Shown: in pieces, positions 1 through 9,213 of the stretch
Position numbering within the stretch: the first letter of the stretch is position 1
How the letters are laid out: the number at the start of each line of letters is the position of its first letter
Sequence record: PQ182779.1
Direction: 5' to 3' (one strand)
Length of the DNA stretch: 64,000 nt
Notes under the pieces: generated by a model
Seen by the model: only the letters and a program-made list of their open reading frames with translations
Told to the model about the DNA's origin: nothing
Databases searched by the model: none
Made by a program: the position numbers and the translations under genes

Positions 1-2
1 TG

Positions 3-1232
3 CGCCACTACAGCGATATCCGTTTACCACCAGATTTGAAAACGTCTTTGCTGGAAGATGATCGTCCAGAGCAAACGTATCTGGAACCGGATTATCGTCA
101 ACTGACCGTGATGTCGATTGCTCTGAAAGCAATGGTGCCGATCTGGAGTGAGTTCTTGGCGTTGGAATCCGCAATGGCAGAATCCAACAAAGAGATCTAC
201 GCACAACAGCTTTTACGTCGAACTGAAATCTATGAATCACAGGCGATGGAACGTTTCCGTGAGTTCGTAGATGCGGTGGTTTCGGGGACGACACCAGGTA
301 TGAAGAATATCATCTTTGGGATCGGTTCAGCGGATATCCCCGAGTGGATGCTGGCGTATCTCGTGGTGAGTCGGTTGTCAGTGATTCAGTTGAGTCATGA
401 TGATGACGATGATCAAGTCGAAACCGTTAACCTGATCAGTAAGATGTGGAGCGCGATCAAAACGCAGCTTCCAAGTGACGGCGGACGGAGCGGCAAGGAT
501 GACGTCAGACCAAAGACCATGGTCAAAGATTCAGGCGGGGAAGAAGATAACCTATCTACGGCGGAAAGTTATAAAGTCAGGGAAAGTATTTCTGACGGCG
601 AACGTATCGCGTTTGATTATTGGGCGAAAGAACTGCGGGCGAAAGCCAGTCGTATTCTCGGTGATGACTACGACCAAGCGTTACTTTTCTCGGTGATTGC
701 GCGTAATAAGTCCAGGAAGTTTTTCAACCCGAACGAAGCGCAACTGAAGTTGGTGGCAGTGACGTTACATCAACAGGTTGTTACGCGTTCTATTCCGCAT
801 ACGGAGCGCAGCGGAGCGATTGATCTGATCTCCATTGCGCAGGTCTATCTTTATCAAAACGGGTTCGCGGCGTTGGCGGACTTAATTGGTGCCACGCAGA
901 AAGAAAGAATCCAAAACATCTTCAATGCAGGACAAATCAAAGAGGAGCAACTGAATGTCTTCAATGAAATTTATCCATATCGACGCTATTCAACTTTAGG
1001 GTCTGCCCGCTCTAAAGCCATGCTAAAAACCCCCGGCGAAATCGCCGTTAACGCCTTCTATAATGAATTTGCGAACAACTATTGGCAACGCGACGTCGTT
1101 GCTGAGATTGCAAACGAAAGTACGATGATTGAAGATAATCATCGCGGATTAATGGTACCGCCTAACTTTAAACAGTTACTGGCTGAGTTCATTATCTTCA
1201 TTAAGACGCGTTCTACCATTGCTAAACCTTAA
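3..1232 (+). CDS. Non-virion RNA polymerase specificity (sigma-like) subunit, phiKZ gp68-like; 5-prime truncated by the window edge
   Basis: Frame is open from position 3 (the track start at 36 is an internal TTG). It is first in the gp68-gp69-gp70-nvRNAP-helicase order typical of phiKZ-like phages. Assignment is mainly by synteny. Confidence 0.65.
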   Translation, partial: RHYSDIRLPPDLKTSLLEDDRPEQTYLEPDYRQLTVMSIALKAMVPIWSEFLALESAMAESNKEIYAQQLLRRTEIYESQAMERFREFVDAVVSGTTPGMKNIIFGIGSADIPEWMLAYLVVSRLSVIQLSHDDDDDQVETVNLISKMWSAIKTQLPSDGGRSGKDDVRPKTMVKDSGGEEDNLSTAESYKVRESISDGERIAFDYWAKELRAKASRILGDDYDQALLFSVIARNKSRKFFNPNEAQLKLVAVTLHQQVVTRSIPHTERSGAIDLISIAQVYLYQNGFAALADLIGATQKERIQNIFNAGQIKEEQLNVFNEIYPYRRYSTLGSARSKAMLKTPGEIAVNAFYNEFANNYWQRDVVAEIANESTMIEDNHRGLMVPPNFKQLLAEFIIFIKTRSTIAKP

Positions 1233-1260
1233 TACCAAACTACCGAAAAGGAACCTGTAA

Positions 1261-2784
1261 ATGAAACCGACTGTAATTAGTGCATTCTTCTTCACTACTT
1301 CTAATTACGATGACCAATACGGTAGCTCATTCACGACTCATTTCGACAATGGCGTGAAAGACCGTCTTGTCAAAGCAACCGATCGCGGCAGAAACATCAG
1401 CTCGATTTCGTTATCAGCAGCTGTTAACGATGCGATCAGCATGACTGCAAAGCGCGGTTCAATTATTGATATCCCCGGGGGTTGGGGTGAGAAACGTTTG
1501 AGTTTCATTATCACGTTCCTGATCTCTGACTATGCGGGATCTACCCAACGTCAGGTACTGACCGGGTTCACCGATTATAACGGCGTCAGCATGGTCAGCG
1601 GTGAACTGGATGACCAAATGGATCTCTTCATCAATAACTCCATCATCATCCGTGACACCGTTCTCGATACGGGCCGTGGCCGTATTCTGCGTCCACGAAT
1701 TGAATCCTCTGAGTACGTTATCCGTGGTCGGGGTCGTAACGAAGGCCAGCGCGGTCTTCGCCGTGACCGTGGCGAGCGTTTAATTCGTCCGCACGATATC
1801 TTCAATGACGTAGGTATCCAGGATTATCAGCGTTACCATTCCGGCGGCGATCAGATTATTGATACCCGTGCTGATCTGGTGGGCGATATCAAGATGGGTT
1901 CTCGTCGTGAGAATAATGCGGCGGACTACATCTCGACGGTGTTGAAGGCGGGTGTACTGGCGGAGACAATGGAGCAGCCGAGCTGGAACCCCGACTCTGC
2001 GTTAGCAGGGGAAGAGATGTCAAAATCGGAACTGGCGGCAGGAGCAGTTAACCTGAGCAAAACAGAAGATAACCCACTCTTTGCACAGTTCCTGCAAGAA
2101 TGCGACTTCTATCAAGAAGGCGTCATTCGCCTCGAAGACTTAGCGCGGATGGTAGATTGGCCAGAGACTTATCGTGGTCAGCCCGTCACGCAGTTTATCA
2201 ATCCGAAACAGGTCGAAGAGCGTGGTTATAAAAGCTACGAACGTGGACGTGGGAACAACCTCGGCGGTGCAGGTGTTGATGCGGTAGCAGTTCGTATCAT
2301 CTCTCAGGCCGTACCTTCTATCCTGATGACCAACCACATCTCTGATGCCATGATCGCTTTCAGTAATGATAACGATATCGGAGAAATGCAGGTTGAGGTC
2401 TGGGGTGAACGTCCGTTGATTCCGGGTTCGAACGTCTCTGGTGCGGTGAACGCGGTTCGTCAGTTGATTGAGTATCAAGTAGCGAATCCCATTTCTCATA
2501 ATGGTCAGATGATCGTTACCTGTACGATCGACTGCTCTGCGATCACGGACATTAAAATCAATCTGTCGTTAGACGGCCAACCGGAAGAGCTTTACGTTAT
2601 TCCGATGTATTGCGATGGCCTTATCTCACCGCAGAAAACCGATGACTACGATCTGGCATCTAAGATCGTCACTGACTTGCAAAGTACGATCACCGAATTG
2701 GCAGACAGTCAATTCTCCATGGAAGAAAACCGTATCGATGACGCGTTGACTGGTTTCAGTTGGGGCGGGAACGGCCGTTTTTAA
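1261..2784 (+). CDS. picA: Probable phage-nucleus protein import factor (PicA/Imp1, phiKZ gp69-like)
   Basis: 507 aa with RBS AAGGAA upstream. It sits between the gp68-like and gp70-like genes upstream of the nvRNAP subunits, the known position of PicA. Sequence homology not verified. Confidence 0.55.
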   Translation: MKPTVISAFFFTTSNYDDQYGSSFTTHFDNGVKDRLVKATDRGRNISSISLSAAVNDAISMTAKRGSIIDIPGGWGEKRLSFIITFLISDYAGSTQRQVLTGFTDYNGVSMVSGELDDQMDLFINNSIIIRDTVLDTGRGRILRPRIESSEYVIRGRGRNEGQRGLRRDRGERLIRPHDIFNDVGIQDYQRYHSGGDQIIDTRADLVGDIKMGSRRENNAADYISTVLKAGVLAETMEQPSWNPDSALAGEEMSKSELAAGAVNLSKTEDNPLFAQFLQECDFYQEGVIRLEDLARMVDWPETYRGQPVTQFINPKQVEERGYKSYERGRGNNLGGAGVDAVAVRIISQAVPSILMTNHISDAMIAFSNDNDIGEMQVEVWGERPLIPGSNVSGAVNAVRQLIEYQVANPISHNGQMIVTCTIDCSAITDIKINLSLDGQPEELYVIPMYCDGLISPQKTDDYDLASKIVTDLQSTITELADSQFSMEENRIDDALTGFSWGGNGRF

Positions 2785-2812
2785 ACGATAAGATTCTCTT
2801 TGAGGAAAAGAA

Positions 2813-4066
2813 ATGAACAAGAAAAAGTTGACTACGATCTATCGCGAGATTCTTACCGCGTTAGGTTTTGAGGTGGATGAGAAGGGCGGCGTCTATTTCG
2901 AAGCATTGGGCGTCAGAGCACCTTTCACCATGAACAAACGTCAGTTGGTTATTCCGACCGACGAATGGCTGAAAAATCCGGATTGGGAAAATACTATCCC
3001 GTTCCACCCGCTATCCGAAAACACCCAACGGAAAAAGTCCGAAGTACTGGAACGTTTGACGCTCTGTGTTTGTAACCGACTCTATCAGGTTGGGGCAACG
3101 ATGATCTGTTTCCTGACCGAACTGGCCGCGGACACAGATCGCCATGCAAAACTGACGCCGGAGCAACGCGACTATCTTCGCCTCTTACCGGAAGCCGATA
3201 AACGTACGGTTGAAGATACCCGTAAATTGATGATGTCGAAGTTGACCTTTAAAGGCGATAACGCGTTTATCAACATCTTCATCAAACGTGGCGGCGTATG
3301 GAAAGGCGAAGAGTATTCTCGCGTGGCGGTAACCACCTTCCCGATTGCGGACCAGGAGAATAACGAAGATAAGAAAATCTTCGATGTCACCTTCCGCGTT
3401 CGTGACCGTGCAGCGCTGTTTAACCTGCTCCGTCACATCTTCCCCAACTTCGATAAATCGATTGACGAATACAGCTATGGTAGTCGTTCATCGGTCGCGC
3501 CGAATTTCCATTCGCTGATGATGGCGTTTGCAAATCTGGCGTTTGATCTGAATAAGGTCACGAAAGTATTCCAGGAAGACTTTGAAGAAATGAAAGGTCT
3601 GTTGATCGGAACGAACTGGGTTAAGAACATGGCGGAGCTGACGGAGTATCGTAATGACATTCCGCCGCTGGAAGGTAACGAAGGCGAAGCGAACGAAGAC
3701 GAGCTGGCAAAGCCTAAGGCTAAAGCGGAAAACCGCGAACGTATTCGTGAAGAACGCGAACAACGTCGTGAAGTTTCCTCTGGTCGCCGGCAAGTACTTC
3801 GTTCAACGGATGAGCGTCGTGATGAACCGCGTAGTTTAATCGGCGGAAGTCGTAACGATCGTCGTTACGATGATGATCGCCGGGGCGGTGGTTTACTGCG
3901 TCGTGTTTCTCATGACGACCGGGACGATCGTGACTACGATGATGACCGTCGTGGTTCACGTCCTCGTTCCTTGCTCGACCGTTACGATGATCGTGACTAC
4001 GACCGTCGCGGAAGCGGATTCGGAGAACGAAGCGCGTTTGGTTCTCGCAACCGTTTCCGTCGTTAA
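2813..4066 (+). CDS. Conserved chimallivirus protein (phiKZ gp70-like) with Arg/Asp-rich low-complexity C-terminal tail
   Basis: 417 aa, RBS GAGGA, syntenic position; the last ~110 aa are R/D/G repeats. Confidence 0.6.
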   Translation: MNKKKLTTIYREILTALGFEVDEKGGVYFEALGVRAPFTMNKRQLVIPTDEWLKNPDWENTIPFHPLSENTQRKKSEVLERLTLCVCNRLYQVGATMICFLTELAADTDRHAKLTPEQRDYLRLLPEADKRTVEDTRKLMMSKLTFKGDNAFINIFIKRGGVWKGEEYSRVAVTTFPIADQENNEDKKIFDVTFRVRDRAALFNLLRHIFPNFDKSIDEYSYGSRSSVAPNFHSLMMAFANLAFDLNKVTKVFQEDFEEMKGLLIGTNWVKNMAELTEYRNDIPPLEGNEGEANEDELAKPKAKAENRERIREEREQRREVSSGRRQVLRSTDERRDEPRSLIGGSRNDRRYDDDRRGGGLLRRVSHDDRDDRDYDDDRRGSRPRSLLDRYDDRDYDRRGSGFGERSAFGSRNRFRR

Positions 4067-4076
4067 GACATAAAAC

Positions 4077-4101
4077 CGAGAGAGGGCAAATGCCCTCTCT
4101 C
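4077..4101 (+). terminator. Intrinsic terminator-like hairpin
   Basis: GAGAGAGGGC-AAAT-GCCCTCTCTC directly after the gp70-like stop, with a T-rich tail. Confidence 0.7.
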
Positions 4102-4120
4102 AATCTGTTCTTTTAAGGAG

Positions 4121-4351
4121 ATGAAAATGCGTCAATCAAAAGAAGATTCGCAGATGAAACTTATCCTCGACGACGTCGAGGCACAAGTTAATCTCTACCG
4201 AACAACGATCGATAATCACTTACATCGTTTGGTGGTATCGGCGGCTGAACGGGGTTATCTCAACGAAGAAATTGCTGCGTTTCTGGAAATACCGGTCGGT
4301 GCTGTAGACAACTTTCTTAGCTACTCACCCGATGTTTTCGAACCCAATTAA
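4121..4351 (+). CDS. Small HTH-like protein
   Basis: RBS AAGGAG; segment RGYLNEEIAAFLEIPVGAVDNFL resembles a helix-turn-helix and the 18611..18955 product. Confidence 0.6.
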   Translation: MKMRQSKEDSQMKLILDDVEAQVNLYRTTIDNHLHRLVVSAAERGYLNEEIAAFLEIPVGAVDNFLSYSPDVFEPN

Positions 4352-4442
4352 TTCGTTATAAACGAGAAGAGGTTTTCGCCTCTTCTCTTTATTTTTTGTT
4401 TTCTCATTTTCAACGGCTGGGTCTAATGATATAGAAAACCTT

Positions 4443-4793
4443 TTAATTCGTCGGCAGAGACGACGTATACCGCGTGTATATCTGCTCGATTTTATTAATT
4501 GAAGGGAAGATGAGCAAATCAAACTTTTCCCCGAATTGATCAGGTGATGTCATGTTGTTAGCACGAAGATAAGGGTAAAAGTATTGTGGTTGCGTTACCT
4601 TCGCTACGTCACGGAGGAAAGCGTAGAACCTTCCTTTATACCGTGCCCGCTCCATTCCCGTGGGACGGTAAGTTTCGCCGTTCCCTGGGTCTTGAAGGAA
4701 CAGTAAATGATCTTCAACACAATTCAGCCAACTTTCCGTGTAGTATTGAGGTTGTCCTGGGTTCCTCAATTTCGTTATTAAAGGTTCTGCCAT
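4443..4793 (-). CDS. Conserved hypothetical protein, opposite strand, upstream of nvRNAP beta
   Basis: 116 aa ORF filling the gap, RBS-like GGAG upstream on the minus strand, convergent terminator at ~4365-4395. Confidence 0.7.
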   Translation of the reverse strand: MAEPLITKLRNPGQPQYYTESWLNCVEDHLLFLQDPGNGETYRPTGMERARYKGRFYAFLRDVAKVTQPQYFYPYLRANNMTSPDQFGEKFDLLIFPSINKIEQIYTRYTSSLPTN

Positions 4794-4822
4794 AACAAGG
4801 TTTCTCCAACTGACTTAAAGAA

Positions 4823-4830
4823 TATATCAC
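4823..4830 (+). promoter_or_regulatory. Early (virion RNAP) promoter motif TATATCAC
   Basis: One mismatch to the phiKZ early consensus TATATTAC; AT-rich context ~80 nt upstream of the nvRNAP beta gene. Confidence 0.55.
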
Positions 4831-4910
4831 TCTATTGAAGGCTGTTTAGACACTGAGTCTAAATCTATTTTTAACTATCGTGAAAGAAGCATAAAGGGGT
4901 TTAGTCTGTC

Positions 4911-7181
4911 ATGAGAGAAAAGTTACCTAATGAACATCAAATGGATGTTGATCTGATAGGGACAGCCACTCACCTCGGACCCTGGGCAGTTTGTACATCG
5001 CCTTCTCGTTTGGTTATGCTGGCATCGCAGATACAGCAAAAACTGATCACAAAAGGGATCAATCGACCCCGCTTTTTCGTGGGTGTTGAGAAAGAGTATG
5101 CCGAATATACTTTCGGTTGTCGCGTTCAGTTCCCTGCGGAAGTGATTGCGGTAATCGACAAGTTTGAGGTGGGTCGAGGTTCCGAGAGTTTTAAAAGTAA
5201 CCCGAAAAAGATTGTTATCGTACGTAACATGGAAACGCGTGAATACGACTACCTGGACTACGATACCTATTGTTCTCATCACACTAGCTTCGGCTTTGAA
5301 TTCGTCCCGGTCATAGAGAATCAAAAACTCATGCGGCCTGGCGAGATTCTTCAGCGAGGAGTTCGACTCAATCGTTCTCCGGGGGTAACGCCAGACGGCG
5401 ATTACATTTATTCTACCCGTACCAAAACAACCTTCCAAAGTCATCACGCTGTGACCGAAGACGGTTTTCTGGTGTCAGAAGAATGGTGTAAGGAGAATCA
5501 GACCACGGGCTTTGGCGAGGTCACGATTATTGTTCCTAAAGGTAAGTATCCGATCAATACCTACGGGAACAGTAAACGTTATCGTCCTCTTCCGTTACCG
5601 GGTGAGCAGATTCGTAAAGACGGACTCTTAATGGCGCTGCGCGAATATGACGACATGTTAGGTTGTGTCGAAATGACTGCGGAAGCTATGGAAGATTACG
5701 ACTACTATTTCGATGAGAAATATTTTATCGAAGCAGGCGTTGAGAATGCGCGAGTCGTTGATATCGACCTGTGGATGTCTGATGGGGATAAACTTGATGC
5801 CATGCCGGAGTTCACCGGGAAAGAATACGGTGAAGATGATGCGATCACACGTCTCTGGAAAGCGAAATTGCGTTACATGGATGCGATCGTCAAAGTCTAT
5901 CGTCAACTGCGTCGTGAAGCAGGGCAAGGAAAGGAACCCGCGTTGTCGAAGAAACTTCATCGACTTATCACCGATGCAATTGTCTTCACTTCGGCCCCGG
6001 AAGGAAAACGACGTTTCCGTTTAAAGAAACAGAGCATCCCTACGCTGTACGTGAAGATCTCTTTCATGTACGACATCACCCCCACTATCGGTTATAAGCT
6101 CTCGACTGACTATGGCATGAAAGGCGTTATCTGTGCGAAGAAACCTCGTGCTAAAATGCCGCGTTATGAAGACGGAACGACTGCTGACCTGATCGTTGAT
6201 GGTTTCAGTATTGCAAACCGAATGAACCCCAGTATGTTCATCGAGCAGTATTGTAATTACATCGCCGAGCAGCGGGTGGAGAAACCGATTCGTGCCATGC
6301 TGAAGGAGAGTAAGAGTAAGGAGACGTATCTCGAATGTTACGAATTACTTCGTCGTTATTATCGGGCGGCGACGCCTGTTTATCTCGATAAGATTGATCA
6401 GCAAAACTGGTCGTTTGATCGGATTAAACAACACGTTGATGCCGTGGCAGAAGATGCGATTTTCGCCTATATGCCGCCGTACACACCGGGCCTTGGGGCA
6501 GAACAATGTCGTCGCTTACGTGAGGCATTCCCTGAACCGGTTGAGCATGTTACCTGGATCAATGATCTGGGCGAACGTGTTACCAGTACGAAGCCAACGA
6601 TGATCGGGGAAATCAAGGTCATTGTCCTTGAGAAAACCGGCCATGACTGGGGTGCAGTGGATATCGCTAAACGACAGGTGCATGGTGTTCCTACCAAGCC
6701 TTCCGGTCGTGAGCGTTTCAACTTACCTTTCCGTAAAATCCCGTTCCGTCTCTTCGGTGAATCGGAGATTCGAAACTATGTTGGTATCGTTGGCGGGAAG
6801 TGGGCGGCTGATATGCTGGATCGTGCCAATAACCCGAAAGCGCAGGAATACCAATGGAGTAAGATTATCTCTGCGGAAAACCCTGTTGATCTCGATTTCT
6901 GTATTGACCGTAACGAGATCCCGCTGGGTAACAGCATGGCGCTGAACTATCTGAACAATACACTCTATTGCTCAGGGGTGAAAATGGCGTACATGAACGT
7001 GGATAACATTACCCCAGTGGAAGAAGAGAAAATCCGAGCGGCAACCCGAACCAAGCCGGGTTACAGAGACGATTTCTCCGACATTCCTGAAATAGAAATC
7101 AACTACGATGAAGACCCGGAACTGGAAGATGAGTTTGAAATTCCAGAAGAAGATAACGACGCGCTCGAAGAGGATGAATAA
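4911..7181 (+). CDS. Non-virion RNA polymerase beta subunit, C-terminal part (phiKZ gp71-73-like)
   Basis: Divergent beta motifs GYKLSTDYGMKGVI (cf. GDKxxGRHGQKGV), SIANRMNPSMFIEQ (cf. SRMNxGQ), RLFGESE (cf. RFGEME); uninterrupted ORF. Confidence 0.9.
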   Translation: MREKLPNEHQMDVDLIGTATHLGPWAVCTSPSRLVMLASQIQQKLITKGINRPRFFVGVEKEYAEYTFGCRVQFPAEVIAVIDKFEVGRGSESFKSNPKKIVIVRNMETREYDYLDYDTYCSHHTSFGFEFVPVIENQKLMRPGEILQRGVRLNRSPGVTPDGDYIYSTRTKTTFQSHHAVTEDGFLVSEEWCKENQTTGFGEVTIIVPKGKYPINTYGNSKRYRPLPLPGEQIRKDGLLMALREYDDMLGCVEMTAEAMEDYDYYFDEKYFIEAGVENARVVDIDLWMSDGDKLDAMPEFTGKEYGEDDAITRLWKAKLRYMDAIVKVYRQLRREAGQGKEPALSKKLHRLITDAIVFTSAPEGKRRFRLKKQSIPTLYVKISFMYDITPTIGYKLSTDYGMKGVICAKKPRAKMPRYEDGTTADLIVDGFSIANRMNPSMFIEQYCNYIAEQRVEKPIRAMLKESKSKETYLECYELLRRYYRAATPVYLDKIDQQNWSFDRIKQHVDAVAEDAIFAYMPPYTPGLGAEQCRRLREAFPEPVEHVTWINDLGERVTSTKPTMIGEIKVIVLEKTGHDWGAVDIAKRQVHGVPTKPSGRERFNLPFRKIPFRLFGESEIRNYVGIVGGKWAADMLDRANNPKAQEYQWSKIISAENPVDLDFCIDRNEIPLGNSMALNYLNNTLYCSGVKMAYMNVDNITPVEEEKIRAATRTKPGYRDDFSDIPEIEINYDEDPELEDEFEIPEEDNDALEEDE

Positions 7182-9148
7182 TGCAAGTTGTGTGGGCAGA
7201 AGACATCGTACACTGGACCGAGGAAGAACTCTGGAAAAAGGAACACGACCATGATCGATTTCGTTTAGTCTTCAGTGATGGCGAGATCATTACAGATTGG
7301 TCGCAGACGATTGTTAGTTGGTATTTCTGGGAGGTATTTCGAGACTACCCTGACGCACAAATCAGTATTCGTCATCATCTCTGGGATGACTTTGATTCGC
7401 CGGGGTTGGAATTAAAAATCCTCAACCGCATGAAGGAGGTTGTTCTCGAAGCGTATCCGCATGAAGACATTGAAAACCTACAGGCTGCTATCTATCGCGG
7501 CAATAACCGGTTACACAATGCCTTCACGACGCGCGGCGAGGCGTATATCGATACCGTTGATGTTCTGACGTTATTGGATATCTACGACCGCCCTGAGATC
7601 CAGAATGCGCTCTATAACATGGAACCGAGCCCTGGCGGGGTCAACCGTGCATACGGGGTGATTTCCCGTGTGATTGCCACTGACCCCTTCTTACAAGGGA
7701 ACAGCATGGCGCTGGCCTGTCACATCGGTCAGACGAAAATGGCGCAGTTCCATCAGGTCATCGGGAAACGAGGGTGGTGTTCTGAAGTTGATCAGAGCAT
7801 CTTCCCTAACGTCGTCAATGCGGGGTTCTTTGAAGGGATACATCGGGCCAGTTTCTTCGCCATGATCTCCAGAGACGCCTCTAAAGCGCTCCAGGCGACG
7901 GACGATCCTGTTAAGCAGACGGAGTATTATAACCGTGAGCTGCAGCTCTTTACGTACGTTGTGAAGAGCATTTGGATGGGGGATTGCGGAAGTACGGAAA
8001 CGATCCCGTGGACGGTGAAGAAAAACGAACTGGATAATATCTTACCCGGTAAGTTTTATCTCACTGAAACAGGACAACTCAAAGCCATTAAGGCAGGAGA
8101 CGTCTTCCTGGTAGGGAAAACGATTCAACTGCGGAATGTGGCGTGTTGTTGGCATCCTGATGACGGCGTAGTCTGTAGCACCTGTATGGGCCAGTTGGCG
8201 CGATCCGTGCAACGAGGCACTAACCTGGGACATGCCGCAACCGTAACCCAGAACGAAAAGGTCTCTCAGGACGTTATCTCGACGAAACACCTTCTGCGCT
8301 CTGCTGAGACGGAAGGTTTTGAAATCGATCCGTTCTATAAGGACTATATGGTCAATGCGTCGGATATTTCTGAGCTGATGCTGTCTGAGGCGATCTGGAA
8401 TCATCATGTGGAAATCGAAATCGATATGGCGTATCTGCCACGTCTTTCCGATATTCATGCGATGACCGAGTTCAGTCAGAATGACCTCCGCCGTATTTCA
8501 GGCGTAGAAGACGTCATGATCATCGTTCACCAAGGCGATGTCAAAGGGACTATCAAGGAAGAATTGATCGCTACAAGTCATTCGTCTTATAAACCGTTCT
8601 TAACCGCTGCCTTTATTCAGCACATGAAGGATTACGGTTTCCAGAACTTAGGGCGTAAGATTCGGGTTGATCTGAAAAACTGGGACCCTTCAGAAAGTAT
8701 TCTGAAATTCCCGGAACGTCATAGCTCGACGCTCGAGATGATGATGGAGTTAAAATCCAATATCTTCATGTCGAGTAAGGAATCGAAAGAGCGGTTACGG
8801 TATGACTTAACCGACCCTGACATTCTGGCGATGGCGTTGAAAGACATTTCGGAAATGACGAACCGTAAGTTCTCGGTTAACCTGGCGATTGTGGAAATTG
8901 TCCTTTACGCCATGATGTCGCGTGATCCGAAGAATGGCGATTTCCGTTTACCGAAGAAAGGGACGGGACGTTACTTCGCTACGAAATCCGATATCATGTC
9001 TGGACGGAGTCTCTCGGTGAAATGTGCTTACGAGAAGCAGTATCAAAACATGCTCTCTCCGGGCTCGTATGACCCGATTAAAGAGAACCATCCCTTCGAC
9101 TATCTGTTGTTGGATGTCGATAAGGAAATGCGTTTAAAACGTATCTAA
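7181..9148 (+). CDS. Non-virion RNA polymerase beta-prime subunit, C-terminal part (phiKZ gp74-like)
   Basis: Bridge-helix-like KQTEYYNRELQ, zinc-site DCGS and CSTCMG, trigger-loop-like EKVSQDVISTKH; stop/start overlap with the beta gene. Confidence 0.9.
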   Translation: MQVVWAEDIVHWTEEELWKKEHDHDRFRLVFSDGEIITDWSQTIVSWYFWEVFRDYPDAQISIRHHLWDDFDSPGLELKILNRMKEVVLEAYPHEDIENLQAAIYRGNNRLHNAFTTRGEAYIDTVDVLTLLDIYDRPEIQNALYNMEPSPGGVNRAYGVISRVIATDPFLQGNSMALACHIGQTKMAQFHQVIGKRGWCSEVDQSIFPNVVNAGFFEGIHRASFFAMISRDASKALQATDDPVKQTEYYNRELQLFTYVVKSIWMGDCGSTETIPWTVKKNELDNILPGKFYLTETGQLKAIKAGDVFLVGKTIQLRNVACCWHPDDGVVCSTCMGQLARSVQRGTNLGHAATVTQNEKVSQDVISTKHLLRSAETEGFEIDPFYKDYMVNASDISELMLSEAIWNHHVEIEIDMAYLPRLSDIHAMTEFSQNDLRRISGVEDVMIIVHQGDVKGTIKEELIATSHSSYKPFLTAAFIQHMKDYGFQNLGRKIRVDLKNWDPSESILKFPERHSSTLEMMMELKSNIFMSSKESKERLRYDLTDPDILAMALKDISEMTNRKFSVNLAIVEIVLYAMMSRDPKNGDFRLPKKGTGRYFATKSDIMSGRSLSVKCAYEKQYQNMLSPGSYDPIKENHPFDYLLLDVDKEMRLKRI

Positions 9149-9155
9149 GGTGAAA

Positions 9156-9187
9156 GAAGGAGGGGTAATTCCCTCCTTCTTTTTTTG
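9156..9187 (+). terminator. Intrinsic terminator
   Basis: AGAAGGAGGG-GTAATT-CCCTCCTTCT followed by a long T run. Confidence 0.8.
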
Positions 9188-9213
9188 TTTTATCTACGGT
9201 ATTTTTACACTAA

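Noticed and set aside
4911-7181. Group I intron or homing endonuclease in nvRNAP beta, as in phiKZ
   Set aside because: The ORF is continuous and no HNH/GIY-YIG ORF is present.
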